The translations under genes were made by a program, and so were the position numbers. The notes below the pieces were generated by a model that saw only the letters and a list, made by a program, of their open reading frames with translations, had not been told where the DNA came from and did no database searches. From an uncultured virus (IMG/VR IMGVR_UViG_3300042375_000779) (lineage: Duplodnaviria > Heunggongvirae > Uroviricota > Caudoviricetes), in the IMG/VR virus record IMGVR_UViG_3300042375_000779: a DNA stretch of 64,000 nt, one strand, 5' to 3'. This document shows, in pieces, positions 21,267 through 31,162 of the stretch (position 1 is the stretch's first letter; the number at the start of each line of letters is the position of its first letter).

Positions 21267-22816
21267 TGAAGATTATTGACATTGGTATTTGTATCGACAA
21301 CGTTGACCCAAAAGGAATGGGTAGAATTCGTTGTGTTCGATATTCAGATTACGTAGGTGAAAAAGAAAAGGCGTTAACATACGAAGCTTGGGGTAAAAAT
21401 GATTTATTTGTGGCAATACCATTCCTACCAACAAATATTAATTTTATTCCTGAAATTAATCAAGCAGTAAAAATTCTTAATTACAACACAGATAAATCCA
21501 ATACCAACCAAGAATATATTGCAGGTCCATTTACTACTATGTTTGATTTTAATAGTCAAACATTCTCACAACAAATTGACAACACCACATATGGTAACGC
21601 AAATAAAGAGAGAGATAGTATAGTAGACAAGAACGATAAGTACATAGACAAAAGAACAGAATCGTCTTTTGCAAAGAAAAGTGATTACGGTGTTTATGGA
21701 AAGTATGGTTCAGATATTATATTCACAGAGAATGGTCTTCAATTAAGAGGTGGTAAGTTATTATCAAAAGGAGCGGCAAGTCCATCTAACAGAAAGAAAA
21801 TGTTGACTTACCCAATAATGGGTAAAAGACCAGCGGCGACTTTATCATTAAAGAAGTTTTCTAAAAAAATGGTTTTAGAGGAGAAAACAAAAACCAAGGT
21901 CGATACTGAAGTTAAGGATATAAAATATATTTTAGAATATCAAATAGATAAATTAACTGACACAACAAAAATTGAATTTTTTCTATATAAAGTATTAAAA
22001 ACTTTTGGTCAGGTAACTAAGACTAGTTTCTTTAATGAGAATACACCGTTACCAATGAGTGTACTAAAATTAGTTAATACCGACAACACAGATTCTACCC
22101 CAACCTTTAAAATTGACATAACAACGAATAATATTAATTTTATTCATAGTGAAATTAATAACATTTTTTATACTGTAATAGACAGAGGATTAAAAGGACT
22201 ATTAAGAAGTTTTGGTGATTTATTTTCCCAACTTTCAAATAGTGGATTACCTAAAGAAGGTGAGGATTTTCCATTGTATTTTAGACCATCGGTAAAATTC
22301 ATCGAAATGACCCCATTAACGGTAACCGAAGAAACTGATAAGGAAACTATCCTATCAAAGGTTAAAGTCTTTAAAATAGGTCCTAAAAGTGGATTAATTT
22401 GGTCTCAAACTCAATTGACTCCACCCGTTAAAAGACAGAAAATTAAAACCACACATTTAAAGACAATTAAGGCTTCACCTGAACAAACATTTGCGGCATT
22501 AAAATCTGACAAATTATTTCTATTATCAACCGATACTAATGAAACTGAGAAATCTATTAATTTTAACACGTTAGATAAATACGAGTACACCCAGGAGGAT
22601 TATATAAAAAATATTGAACCTAACACATATTCTACAGTTAGGGGTGAGAATCTCCTAAGATTGTTACAACAGTTAATTTTAGTTGTTTTTAACCACGAAC
22701 ACAACGTAGTTGGACCTATGGTTCAGAACTCAGAATTCGAGGAATATATGCAATTATTGGAGTTACTTAAAAGTATTGAGAATGATCTCTTGAACAAATC
22801 GATTAGAATCAATTAA
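21266..22816 (+). CDS. Baseplate hub/spike protein (gp5/VgrG OB-fold-like)
   Basis: GICIDNVDPKGMGRIRC...PFLP...PEINQAV N-terminus; HxH motif (NHEHN) near the C-terminus. Confidence 0.65.
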   Translation: MKIIDIGICIDNVDPKGMGRIRCVRYSDYVGEKEKALTYEAWGKNDLFVAIPFLPTNINFIPEINQAVKILNYNTDKSNTNQEYIAGPFTTMFDFNSQTFSQQIDNTTYGNANKERDSIVDKNDKYIDKRTESSFAKKSDYGVYGKYGSDIIFTENGLQLRGGKLLSKGAASPSNRKKMLTYPIMGKRPAATLSLKKFSKKMVLEEKTKTKVDTEVKDIKYILEYQIDKLTDTTKIEFFLYKVLKTFGQVTKTSFFNENTPLPMSVLKLVNTDNTDSTPTFKIDITTNNINFIHSEINNIFYTVIDRGLKGLLRSFGDLFSQLSNSGLPKEGEDFPLYFRPSVKFIEMTPLTVTEETDKETILSKVKVFKIGPKSGLIWSQTQLTPPVKRQKIKTTHLKTIKASPEQTFAALKSDKLFLLSTDTNETEKSINFNTLDKYEYTQEDYIKNIEPNTYSTVRGENLLRLLQQLILVVFNHEHNVVGPMVQNSEFEEYMQLLELLKSIENDLLNKSIRIN

Positions 22817-22842
22817 TTTGATATTTATAAAATAAAAGAGAG

Positions 22843-24216
22843 ATGTCATATTTTCGTTCATATTTTGAAAAAAATAATACAATCATTAAAAACTCCCAGG
22901 TTAATACTGCGAAGAACCCAACTACGGAGATTTTTTATGGTTCAGGATTTTCTAAATTCATATTCAAAGTTGATTTTAGTGAATTAAAAAATAAAATCGA
23001 TTTAGGTGAATATGTCATTAATAACGACACCAAACACACCTTACGTTTAACCAACACTATATTTGGTGACGAAACGTTTTTAGGGGCTAAAAGAGGATCT
23101 GGAAGACAAAGAACCAATTCATTCGATATTATTGTTTTTAAAATATCAGAATTTTGGGATGAAGGTTTAGGTTTTGACTATGAAGATGGTGGTTATGATT
23201 TTACTACAGGTAACGAAACTTTTGATGAAAGACCATCTAATTGGTTTAATAGAACAACATTAAATCCTTGGACTACGGAAGGTGTTTATGCTAATACCCC
23301 AACTATAGTTACAACAATGCATTTTGATAATGGAAATGAGGATTTAGACGTGGATATTACACAATATGTGAACGGAATTTTAGTTAGTGGTAACACAAAT
23401 CACGGTTTAGGTTTAGCATTTGCGGTACTTTATCAAGATATAACCGCCGAAATTGACCAATCCGTTGCTTTCTTTACAAAATATACACAAACATTTTTTG
23501 AACCATACGTTGAGACTTATTTTAACGATAGGATTAATGATGACAGACTAAATTTTGTTGAAAAAACAATTCAAAATTTATATCTATATGTAACTAAAGG
23601 TACTAATTTTTATGATTTAAACACAATACCTAGAGTTGATATATTAGATAGTAATAATGTCATCATCACTGGTTTAAATGATTTAGTACCTATAAAAATT
23701 AAAAAGGGTGTATATAAGGTTAGTTTTGGTTTAAATGGTGTTTTATGTGATGGAAAACGTTTCTTTTATGATAAATGGAAATTATTATCTTTAGATGGTG
23801 TATCTATTGGCGACGTTAAACAAAAATTTATACCAAAGCCCTATACGTCACTTTATACTGTTGGTGAAAATCAGACAGAATTAGAAAGGTACGCAATACA
23901 ATACTCAGGTATTAAATTGAATGAGAAAATAATTAAGGGTGAGAAAAGAAAAATCGTGGTTAAGTTTAGATCAATAAACCAACCAAAAACTGAACTATTT
24001 GATGAGGTTTATTATAGAATGTTTATTAAGGAAGGTAGAACTAATGTAATAGTTCACGATTGGACTCAATTAGATGTTACAAATGAGAATTCATTTACAT
24101 TGTTTACGGAAAATTACATACCTAGAGAATATTGGATAGAATTAAAGGGTAAAACCCATACTGAAGAAATATTCTATGATGACTATATAAAATTTGAAAT
24201 TGTATCAGAAAAGTAA
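22843..24216 (+). CDS. Putative virion structural protein
   Basis: 457 aa, beta-rich; WDEGLG, DITQYV...NHGLGL pattern. Confidence 0.55.
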   Translation: MSYFRSYFEKNNTIIKNSQVNTAKNPTTEIFYGSGFSKFIFKVDFSELKNKIDLGEYVINNDTKHTLRLTNTIFGDETFLGAKRGSGRQRTNSFDIIVFKISEFWDEGLGFDYEDGGYDFTTGNETFDERPSNWFNRTTLNPWTTEGVYANTPTIVTTMHFDNGNEDLDVDITQYVNGILVSGNTNHGLGLAFAVLYQDITAEIDQSVAFFTKYTQTFFEPYVETYFNDRINDDRLNFVEKTIQNLYLYVTKGTNFYDLNTIPRVDILDSNNVIITGLNDLVPIKIKKGVYKVSFGLNGVLCDGKRFFYDKWKLLSLDGVSIGDVKQKFIPKPYTSLYTVGENQTELERYAIQYSGIKLNEKIIKGEKRKIVVKFRSINQPKTELFDEVYYRMFIKEGRTNVIVHDWTQLDVTNENSFTLFTENYIPREYWIELKGKTHTEEIFYDDYIKFEIVSEK

Positions 24217-24221
24217 TATTT

Positions 24222-24596
24222 ATGAATATGAAACTAAATGAAATAATTAAAAAACACCTAAATAAGGTTGTTAAAGAGAACGAAAATGTTGGTCAAGAAA
24301 ACTATATGTTTTTTGGTAACTTAAAACAGATTCAAAGACAATGTGAAATGTTGTTAAAAATGAATCCAGATGAGTTAGATTCCATAATCAAAAATGGTCA
24401 CGATTGGGCTGACGATCACGTATCTGAAGCAAAAAACAATATGGACCAAGTGTTTGATTTCTTTATGAATGAAACAAAAAAAGAAGGGGATATTAATGAA
24501 ATGAAAGACGACCCTTGTTGGAAAGGATATGAAATGGTTGGAAAGAAAATGAAAAATGGTAAAGAAGTACCTAACTGTGTACCAAAAAAGAAATAA
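24222..24596 (+). CDS. Hypothetical protein ending in a PCWKGY...VPNCVP module
   Basis: 124 aa; HDWADDH motif and a C-terminal Cys pair. Confidence 0.6.
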   Translation: MNMKLNEIIKKHLNKVVKENENVGQENYMFFGNLKQIQRQCEMLLKMNPDELDSIIKNGHDWADDHVSEAKNNMDQVFDFFMNETKKEGDINEMKDDPCWKGYEMVGKKMKNGKEVPNCVPKKK

Positions 24597-25102
24597 TGAA
24601 AAAAATTGTTTGTGATAATTGTGGTTGGTCTTGGAAACTATCGGAAGGTGGTAAAGACCCATATATATGTCACAAATGTGATACAGATAATACCAAGAAA
24701 TATAAAAAAATGATTATTACAGTTACTGAAGAACAATTCGAAAGATTATTCGAATATAACGAAGAAACTCCAGTTTTAATATATGAAGACATAGATGGAT
24801 CAGTTCAAATGACCAACTACGTTATTGATAATATGTTAAACGAGGCCGAGTATCAAGGTCGTAAAGTTCAATTGGGTAAGATAATGCAGGGTGACATTAA
24901 AAAGTTTAAAGTATACGTTAAGAACGATAAGGGTAAGGTTGTTAAAGTTAACTTTGGTTTTGGTGGTAAGTCCGCTAAAGGTAAAAGAATGGTTATCAAG
25001 AAAAATAACCCTGAAAGAAGAAAATCATTTAGAGCAAGACATAATTGTTCAAATCCAGGTCCAAGATGGAAACCAAGATATTGGGCTTGTAGAACTTGGT
25101 AA
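24596..25102 (+). CDS. Zn-ribbon fused to a basic phage domain (RRKSFRARHNC...YWAC)
   Basis: CDNC...CHKC at the N-terminus; C-terminal domain of a type common in phages. Confidence 0.6.
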   Translation: MKKIVCDNCGWSWKLSEGGKDPYICHKCDTDNTKKYKKMIITVTEEQFERLFEYNEETPVLIYEDIDGSVQMTNYVIDNMLNEAEYQGRKVQLGKIMQGDIKKFKVYVKNDKGKVVKVNFGFGGKSAKGKRMVIKKNNPERRKSFRARHNCSNPGPRWKPRYWACRTW

Positions 25103-25543
25103 TTAGTAGTAAATTACGTCAACATCACATTCTCCCAATAACTCGAGACTTTTCTTTTGTGATTCATCCCATTTGTCTTTATTCTTAGTTGTGCATATCT
25201 GTTTACAATAAACAGTTTTAATCCCACTATTCACTATACCTCTAGCACAATCCATACACGGTAATCCCGATGTAAGATATATTATGGAGTTTTTTAACGA
25301 TACTCCAATACGAGCGGCGTTATATATTGCATTACGTTCTGCGTGTTCCATCCAAAAGTACTTTTCAGGTCTTTCCTGACGTTCTTGTTTAGAATCGTCC
25401 AATCCCCTCGGAAATGAATTATAACCCGTAGAAAGGACCTCTTTGTCCTCCCCAACGATAACTGCACCTATCTGTGTTGATTGGTCTTTAGATTTCTGTT
25501 TAACCTGTTCCGCAATGTTTAAAAAATATTCAGTCCACTCCAT
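25103..25543 (-). CDS. dCMP deaminase
   Basis: SKD..TQIGAVIV, STGYN, HAERNAI, PCMDC. Confidence 0.93.
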   Translation of the reverse strand: MEWTEYFLNIAEQVKQKSKDQSTQIGAVIVGEDKEVLSTGYNSFPRGLDDSKQERQERPEKYFWMEHAERNAIYNAARIGVSLKNSIIYLTSGLPCMDCARGIVNSGIKTVYCKQICTTKNKDKWDESQKKSLELLGECDVDVIYY

Positions 25544-25544
25544 A

Positions 25545-25859
25545 TTAAATTAGTTTTTGTTTTGCCCAATAATATAACAACCCAGTTGCATATCTATGTA
25601 AATTTTTAGCCTCTTTCTTTAATATTAGGTTCCCAATTTGTACTAAATGTGCTTTATTTGTCAAATCTATCCCAATAATGTATCCCCCATCAGATTTATC
25701 GTAAGTTGTCTCTTTCATTGGTGGAAAATACTTTCCCTCATCGTCTAGTTTCAACGTCCTAATCATTTCTGTCTTATTCATCTTACATTCTATACTTCTA
25801 GAATATATTAATTTCTCTAAGACATCTAACCTTAATTTACTGTAATCTACCTCTGACAT
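25545..25859 (-). CDS. Hypothetical protein
   Basis: 104 aa, preceded by TATATTTG on the minus strand. Confidence 0.6.
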   Translation of the reverse strand: MSEVDYSKLRLDVLEKLIYSRSIECKMNKTEMIRTLKLDDEGKYFPPMKETTYDKSDGGYIIGIDLTNKAHLVQIGNLILKKEAKNLHRYATGLLYYWAKQKLI

Positions 25860-25898
25860 ACCACAAATATAAGAATTTTTTTGGAATATACGAATAAT

Positions 25899-25930
25899 AA
25901 AAAAACCCCCACATTTCTGAGGGGGTCTTT
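25899..25930 (-). terminator. Intrinsic terminator after the major capsid gene
   Basis: ACCCCC-ACATTTCTGA-GGGGGT hairpin with an A-run on + (U-run on -). Confidence 0.75.
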
Positions 25931-25949
25931 AGTATGATGAATCCTAAGA

Positions 25950-27683
25950 TTATCTTAATGTATCCAAACTGAATGTAACGATACCTTGTACATCAATTAC
26001 ACCAAAGTAACGGTTGTTCACCATTTTCTTTGCGTAACGTGTCATAATACCCTTTATAGGGGTCATATTGAACGGATTGTACATAGTAGGAGTTAATTGT
26101 AATGGAACGTACGGTGCGTAGATGTAACCAGCGTCTAACAATGATTTACCTTTGTGTCCAATCAAGATTTTTCCTGCTGGGAAGTAAGGGTCACGGTATA
26201 CTTGGTAACGACCTGCTAATGTACCTACTTTCTCAATACCCATATTGTACTGATCTTGCTCTGGATGAGCGTTAGATACGTGGAAGTACTCTAAATCATC
26301 AAATACTGCAGAAACTTCTGAAGAAACAACGATCCAGTTAGCACCACCTCTTAAAGTAGTTTTGTGGATTTGAGCTGAAACTTGGTTGATTTTAGTGATC
26401 AAAGTTTGGTTCCAATCTTTTTGAGTGTAACCTTGTAATGTTGCACCAGATGCACCACCGTATTTCCACTCATTGTAATCCCATTTAGCTTTCCAAGCTG
26501 CACCTTTACGTAAATCACGTAAGATTTCACGGTCAACCTCAGCTGCGATTTGCTCAGATAACAATGCAGTTAACTCAGCTTCAGCGTCGATGTTGTGGAA
26601 TGCACTAACGTCTTGAGCCAATTCTGGAGACCAGCTAGCTCTTAATTTTCTTTCAGTTACAGAAACTGTTACAGAAGAAAGGTCAAAAGATACTTCACCA
26701 ATTTGATCTTCAAATTCTAAAGATGCATATCTACGGTAAACCGCTACGAAATCAGCACCATCTAAATCAGTTGTACCTGTTGGTTTGAATGTAGAGAAAC
26801 CTGCAGTTGCAGAATATGTTTCAACGTCTACACTTAAGTAGATAACACCATTCTCATCACAGATATCTTGATATCCAGCACCGTTAGCAGAATCAAATCT
26901 TTTTACTCCGTATTCAACGATACCTTTACCATATTTTTGTGTTACCACATTGAAAGGTAATGAAGCACCATCCTTAACTTTAGAAGATGAAATCTGTAAA
27001 GAAGCTAAGAACTCTTCTGTATCCATTTCGTTACCGTCTGGACCAGCTAATTTACCTTGACCTGGTTTAGAGAAACCAGTTAATTTAACAATAACACTAG
27101 AAACTGCAGTTGAACCTGAAGTCAATGTTACTGGAGAACTTTCAACACCAGTTGCAAAAGTAACGATAGACGTACCAGTTAAAGAAACGTCAGTAACTTC
27201 TCCTTTAGAGTAGTCAAACAATCCTTGATCTGCGTCATCTCCACCTTCGTAGAATCTGTCGTATAAGTTATTTCCTGTGTAACCAGTAGAAGCACTTCCA
27301 CCAGCTCCTGGCATACCATATGGAGAATAGTGAGCTCCTGAATTTCTTTCCTGAATTTTAGGAACGAAGAAGAATAATTTACCAATTGGTAAGTTCATAG
27401 CTTGTACAGACACGATGTCGTTAGCTAATAATTTAGAGAATACACGACGGATAATTGGGAAAACTACAGTCTCGAAAGAACCAGACGCATCAGCTACAGC
27501 TGCTTCGTTGATTAAGTGTGACGCTTGGTTTTCATACAATTGCGCGATGTTATCTTTTTGGTGACCTTCTAGACCTTCTAAGAATCCTAGTTCGTCCCAT
27601 TTTTTGATGGTATCTTCTTTGATAACTCTAAGGTGTTTTAACCCGATGTTACCAACCATACCGCTTTCTAATAATGCTCCCAT
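25950..27683 (-). CDS. Major capsid protein (T4 gp23 family)
   Basis: FPIIRRVF..LLANDIVSVQAM, RKLRASWSPELAQD...HNIDAEAELT, YAPYVPL, GIMTRYA. Confidence 0.97.
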   Translation of the reverse strand: MGALLESGMVGNIGLKHLRVIKEDTIKKWDELGFLEGLEGHQKDNIAQLYENQASHLINEAAVADASGSFETVVFPIIRRVFSKLLANDIVSVQAMNLPIGKLFFFVPKIQERNSGAHYSPYGMPGAGGSASTGYTGNNLYDRFYEGGDDADQGLFDYSKGEVTDVSLTGTSIVTFATGVESSPVTLTSGSTAVSSVIVKLTGFSKPGQGKLAGPDGNEMDTEEFLASLQISSSKVKDGASLPFNVVTQKYGKGIVEYGVKRFDSANGAGYQDICDENGVIYLSVDVETYSATAGFSTFKPTGTTDLDGADFVAVYRRYASLEFEDQIGEVSFDLSSVTVSVTERKLRASWSPELAQDVSAFHNIDAEAELTALLSEQIAAEVDREILRDLRKGAAWKAKWDYNEWKYGGASGATLQGYTQKDWNQTLITKINQVSAQIHKTTLRGGANWIVVSSEVSAVFDDLEYFHVSNAHPEQDQYNMGIEKVGTLAGRYQVYRDPYFPAGKILIGHKGKSLLDAGYIYAPYVPLQLTPTMYNPFNMTPIKGIMTRYAKKMVNNRYFGVIDVQGIVTFSLDTLR

Positions 27684-27715
27684 TTTAAAATATTTGGTTT
27701 TTGTTTTTTTATTTA

Positions 27716-28891
27716 TTATTTTATTTTACTCATTAAATCTTTCATTCTTCTGAATTGTGGATTCTCGTAAGCTTTCGCCTCAGATAATACCTCTTGAGAA
27801 GATGAAGATGATGGAGTGTTAGAGATTTTCTCAACTACTGATTCAGTTACTGTCATTTTAGTTCCTAATTCAGATTTTATTGTGCTGAACAAGTTTTTAG
27901 CTTCGTTCATAGTTGAAATTGAATCAAATCTCTTTAATATGTTCAATTTCTCCTGTTTTGTGGTAGAATGTTCTGTGAACAAACGAGTAGCATAAGCTAA
28001 GTTCGCGTTGAACACTGCAACTTCGTTAAGTTTTTCCTTGAAAAGAATTAAAGCTTTTTTGTACTCAGAATTTTGTTTCTTAAGTGTTTCAACTTCTTCA
28101 TTCATTTCTTTACGACCAGCTTTGTATTTTTTACCTTGGTTCGCTGGAGTTCTAACGTCATTACCGAAAGTTCTTGCTGCTTCTGTAGCTTCAACTTCTT
28201 TACCATCTTCCTCAGATTCTTCTTCAGAAACCTCAGTCTCTTCTTCTTCCTCTTCGTCTAACTCAATTTCATAGATAGTTTCTTCACCTAATTCTGGTGC
28301 TTCTTCAGAGTCATCTCCGAATTCGTCAGCAACAGGTGACTCACTTTCTCCACCATCAAGTTTGATGATATACTCGTCATCACCCAAGTCAACATTAATG
28401 TCATCACCGTCTTTCTTAACAACAATACCATCTTCTGGTTTCATCGCCTTGAAAACTTTTAAAACTTCATCATCTGAAGCTCCGGTCATATCCATTACAT
28501 CTTCATCATCTGTATCTGTGTCATCAAAAGATGGCATTTCAACTTCTTCTTCATCATCAGACGTTTCGTCTTCAGAATCCATAGATTCGATGTCTTTACT
28601 TGGATCATCATTATCAAGGTCATCAACATTTTCAGAATCGTCTTCACCTTCTTCATCGTCGGCTACTGGTTGTTCTGACATATCATTTGTTCCCTCTTCA
28701 TCAGGTTCAACAGAATCATCTCCAATTACAGGAGTTGTTTCGTTTTCATCCTCTTCTTCCGATTCTTTAAGCAAATCATTTAGTTCTTGTTTCATTGTTG
28801 AAGCAAGTATACCCTTTGCATTTTGCTTTACTGCTTCTTCAAGTGTTTGTACTTGAAGTAACGCTTGTTCTAAAATGGATTTTTCGGTCAT
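27716..28891 (-). CDS. Prohead scaffolding/core protein (gp22-like)
   Basis: Very acidic protein lying between the protease and MCP; LNEVAVFNANLAY; C-terminal RMKDLM. Confidence 0.75.
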   Translation of the reverse strand: MTEKSILEQALLQVQTLEEAVKQNAKGILASTMKQELNDLLKESEEEDENETTPVIGDDSVEPDEEGTNDMSEQPVADDEEGEDDSENVDDLDNDDPSKDIESMDSEDETSDDEEEVEMPSFDDTDTDDEDVMDMTGASDDEVLKVFKAMKPEDGIVVKKDGDDINVDLGDDEYIIKLDGGESESPVADEFGDDSEEAPELGEETIYEIELDEEEEEETEVSEEESEEDGKEVEATEAARTFGNDVRTPANQGKKYKAGRKEMNEEVETLKKQNSEYKKALILFKEKLNEVAVFNANLAYATRLFTEHSTTKQEKLNILKRFDSISTMNEAKNLFSTIKSELGTKMTVTESVVEKISNTPSSSSSQEVLSEAKAYENPQFRRMKDLMSKIK

Positions 28892-28972
28892 TTTTTTTGT
28901 TTTATTACTTTATAAATATTACGGTTTTATGGAAAATTCTCTTTTCTAATATTAGAAACCCTAAAAAATTGA

Positions 28973-29656
28973 TTATTTAGATAAAAATTTATCTAAACCA
29001 CCCATTAATTTTTTCATTCTGTCATCAAGTATCGGATTTTCCTGTACCGATTCTTGATACTGTTCTCTATCTGATAGGTCAGCAAATACATATGCTCCTG
29101 GAGTAGATGGTGACGATACTAAATCAAAACAAACTAATTCAAAGTCTTCCTGAACTACATTTTGACCTTTCACGTTCTTTAATGATCCCACCCCACGAGA
29201 AGATATACCAAGAGTTGCTCCGTTCATAATTAACATCGCAGCTTGGTCTCCTTTAGTAGATACAATACCCATCTTTCTCCAACCTGGAGAAGTGAATAAT
29301 TTTATTTTACCCATTAACATTTTTCCTTCCCACCAAGTCTCAAGAATAGAGTGTGAAACTCTATCTAAATCAATAAGTGATGAGGATGGGTGGTTTAATT
29401 CGTTAAGGGCTCCACCTTTTTTAATAAGTTGTTGATATTTTTGGTCTTCTCTCTTAAGAATGACTTCGGGATAGATTCTCCCGTTTTTGTTGGGTGTATC
29501 GTATTTTTGCAAAACGGCATAAAGGATAAGGTCTTGTGAAAAGTCCATATCCTTCATCTCCGATATAATTTTTTTGTTGTCTTCGGGGGAAACGTGTCCA
29601 GCATCGTATTCGATTAATATTCCTCTCCCCGTCTCATTAGGACCTAATATCTTCAT
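28973..29656 (-). CDS. Prohead maturation protease (gp21 family)
   Basis: NKNGRIYP, ELNHP, RVSH, GISSRGVGS, FDLVSSPSTPGA. Confidence 0.93.
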   Translation of the reverse strand: MKILGPNETGRGILIEYDAGHVSPEDNKKIISEMKDMDFSQDLILYAVLQKYDTPNKNGRIYPEVILKREDQKYQQLIKKGGALNELNHPSSSLIDLDRVSHSILETWWEGKMLMGKIKLFTSPGWRKMGIVSTKGDQAAMLIMNGATLGISSRGVGSLKNVKGQNVVQEDFELVCFDLVSSPSTPGAYVFADLSDREQYQESVQENPILDDRMKKLMGGLDKFLSK

Positions 29657-29697
29657 TTATAGTTTCTATTAATACTATAAATACAACGATATATAAG

Positions 29698-30123
29698 TTA
29701 TTTCTTGTTTTTGTAGAAGTTAAAGAGATTTTTATTACATAACCTATCGTCAATGATGGATTTTATAATCTCTTTAACTGATAATTTAATGTGTTTAGAC
29801 TTAACATCGAAGAAATTATCTACATATAATGTAACCTCAAGGTTCATAAATGACCTTTTATTTAATTTTATACCCTTTGTTCTAATATCTAAATCTACAA
29901 TAGATTGAGGTTTGAAATTTTCATTTTTTAAATTATAAATTATTTCTTTAATTCCCCTTCTAGTTTTATTAATCAGATAATCAAAATCATCGGTATCGTT
30001 ATTTGGTTCTACCCAAGCATTTAGTTTTAAGTAAATTGTTTTTAAGTTTTTAAAGTCTACGGTTCCGTATCCTATTTTTACTTCATTGTATTCTCCAAGG
30101 GAGATATACTTTCCTGTTTTCAT
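29698..30123 (-). CDS. Hypothetical protein in the head module
   Basis: 141-aa ORF. Confidence 0.6.
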   Translation of the reverse strand: MKTGKYISLGEYNEVKIGYGTVDFKNLKTIYLKLNAWVEPNNDTDDFDYLINKTRRGIKEIIYNLKNENFKPQSIVDLDIRTKGIKLNKRSFMNLEVTLYVDNFFDVKSKHIKLSVKEIIKSIIDDRLCNKNLFNFYKNKK

Positions 30124-30225
30124 TTATATTTTCATATTATTTTTATTTATGGTGTTAAAAAAATATAAACTAAAATATTTGAAATACCAAAAAACATTTA
30201 GTATATTTGTGATATAATTATAGAT

Positions 30226-30417
30226 ATGTTATATATTAAAGTAGACAGTAATAAGGGAATCGAGGGAGCTCTAAAGCTGTATAAAAACAAGGTACGTAAT
30301 ACCAAACAAATTCAAGAGTTAAGAGAAAGACAAGAATTTGTTAAACCCTCCGTTGTAAAAAGAACTCAACGTTTAAAGGCGACGTATATTCAACAAATTA
30401 AAAATGGTCTTGATTAA
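30226..30417 (+). CDS. rpsU: Ribosomal protein bS21 (phage-encoded)
   Basis: IEGALKLYKNKV...ELRERQEFVKPSVVKR...KATYIQ matches Bacteroidota bS21. Confidence 0.9.
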   Translation: MLYIKVDSNKGIEGALKLYKNKVRNTKQIQELRERQEFVKPSVVKRTQRLKATYIQQIKNGLD

Positions 30418-31160
30418 ACAAGACCATTTTTAAGTTGAGTAAGTCGATAATAATTATATTTGGATAAACCCATATCTTGAACCTCATCCTTTACTTTACT
30501 TAATTTAGTAGTTAAGTCATTGTCATTAGATTCACTTAAAAGTGAACCAACTCTATTAAGAATGGATTCTTTTAATTCTGTAGTTTTAGAAACTAAATCT
30601 TCATTTGAAATTGAAAGAATAGTTTTTAATTCTGTTTGTTGAAATTCGTTTAAATTGTTACTGTATAATACGTTAAAATTATTAGCTAATACTGCGTGCA
30701 GTAAATTTTCATTTTGAGAGTAAGTCACTTGTTTAGATTCGTTTACTTCTTTCTTTGTTGTTAAATGTTCTACTAATTTCTTTTTTGCAATAACCTTCTT
30801 TTCAATATTTGATAATGAATCTTTTTCAGATAAGACATCTAAAGATTCATATAATTCATTTGATGTGATTTCAACCAAACCCAATTTTTTGTTTAATGAT
30901 TCACAAAACACATTTAAATCGTTCCAATTACCCATTGGTTGACCAAAATACGTATTTAAACCCTCAACATATAATTTTGCAATCTCTTTGTCATCAAAGT
31001 ATTTGTTCTCAATTTCTTCATAAAACAAATACATTTCTTTAAATGCTTTGTTTTCTTTAATTGTTTGTAATATATCTTTAACTTCAGTCTTATTTTCTTT
31101 AGAATAAGACTCAGTTAATTTTGTCAACATTTTGGATTTTAATTCCCCGAATTTGTTCAT
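30414..31160 (-). CDS. Hypothetical protein in the head module
   Basis: 248 aa, directly downstream of the portal gene. Confidence 0.6.
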   Translation of the reverse strand: MNKFGELKSKMLTKLTESYSKENKTEVKDILQTIKENKAFKEMYLFYEEIENKYFDDKEIAKLYVEGLNTYFGQPMGNWNDLNVFCESLNKKLGLVEITSNELYESLDVLSEKDSLSNIEKKVIAKKKLVEHLTTKKEVNESKQVTYSQNENLLHAVLANNFNVLYSNNLNEFQQTELKTILSISNEDLVSKTTELKESILNRVGSLLSESNDNDLTTKLSKVKDEVQDMGLSKYNYYRLTQLKNGLV

Positions 31161-31162
31161 TG

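Noticed and set aside
28008..28980. Ser-rich plus-strand ORFs
   Set aside because: Antisense shadows of the Glu/Asp-rich scaffold gene; the same applies to most short antisense ORFs in the track
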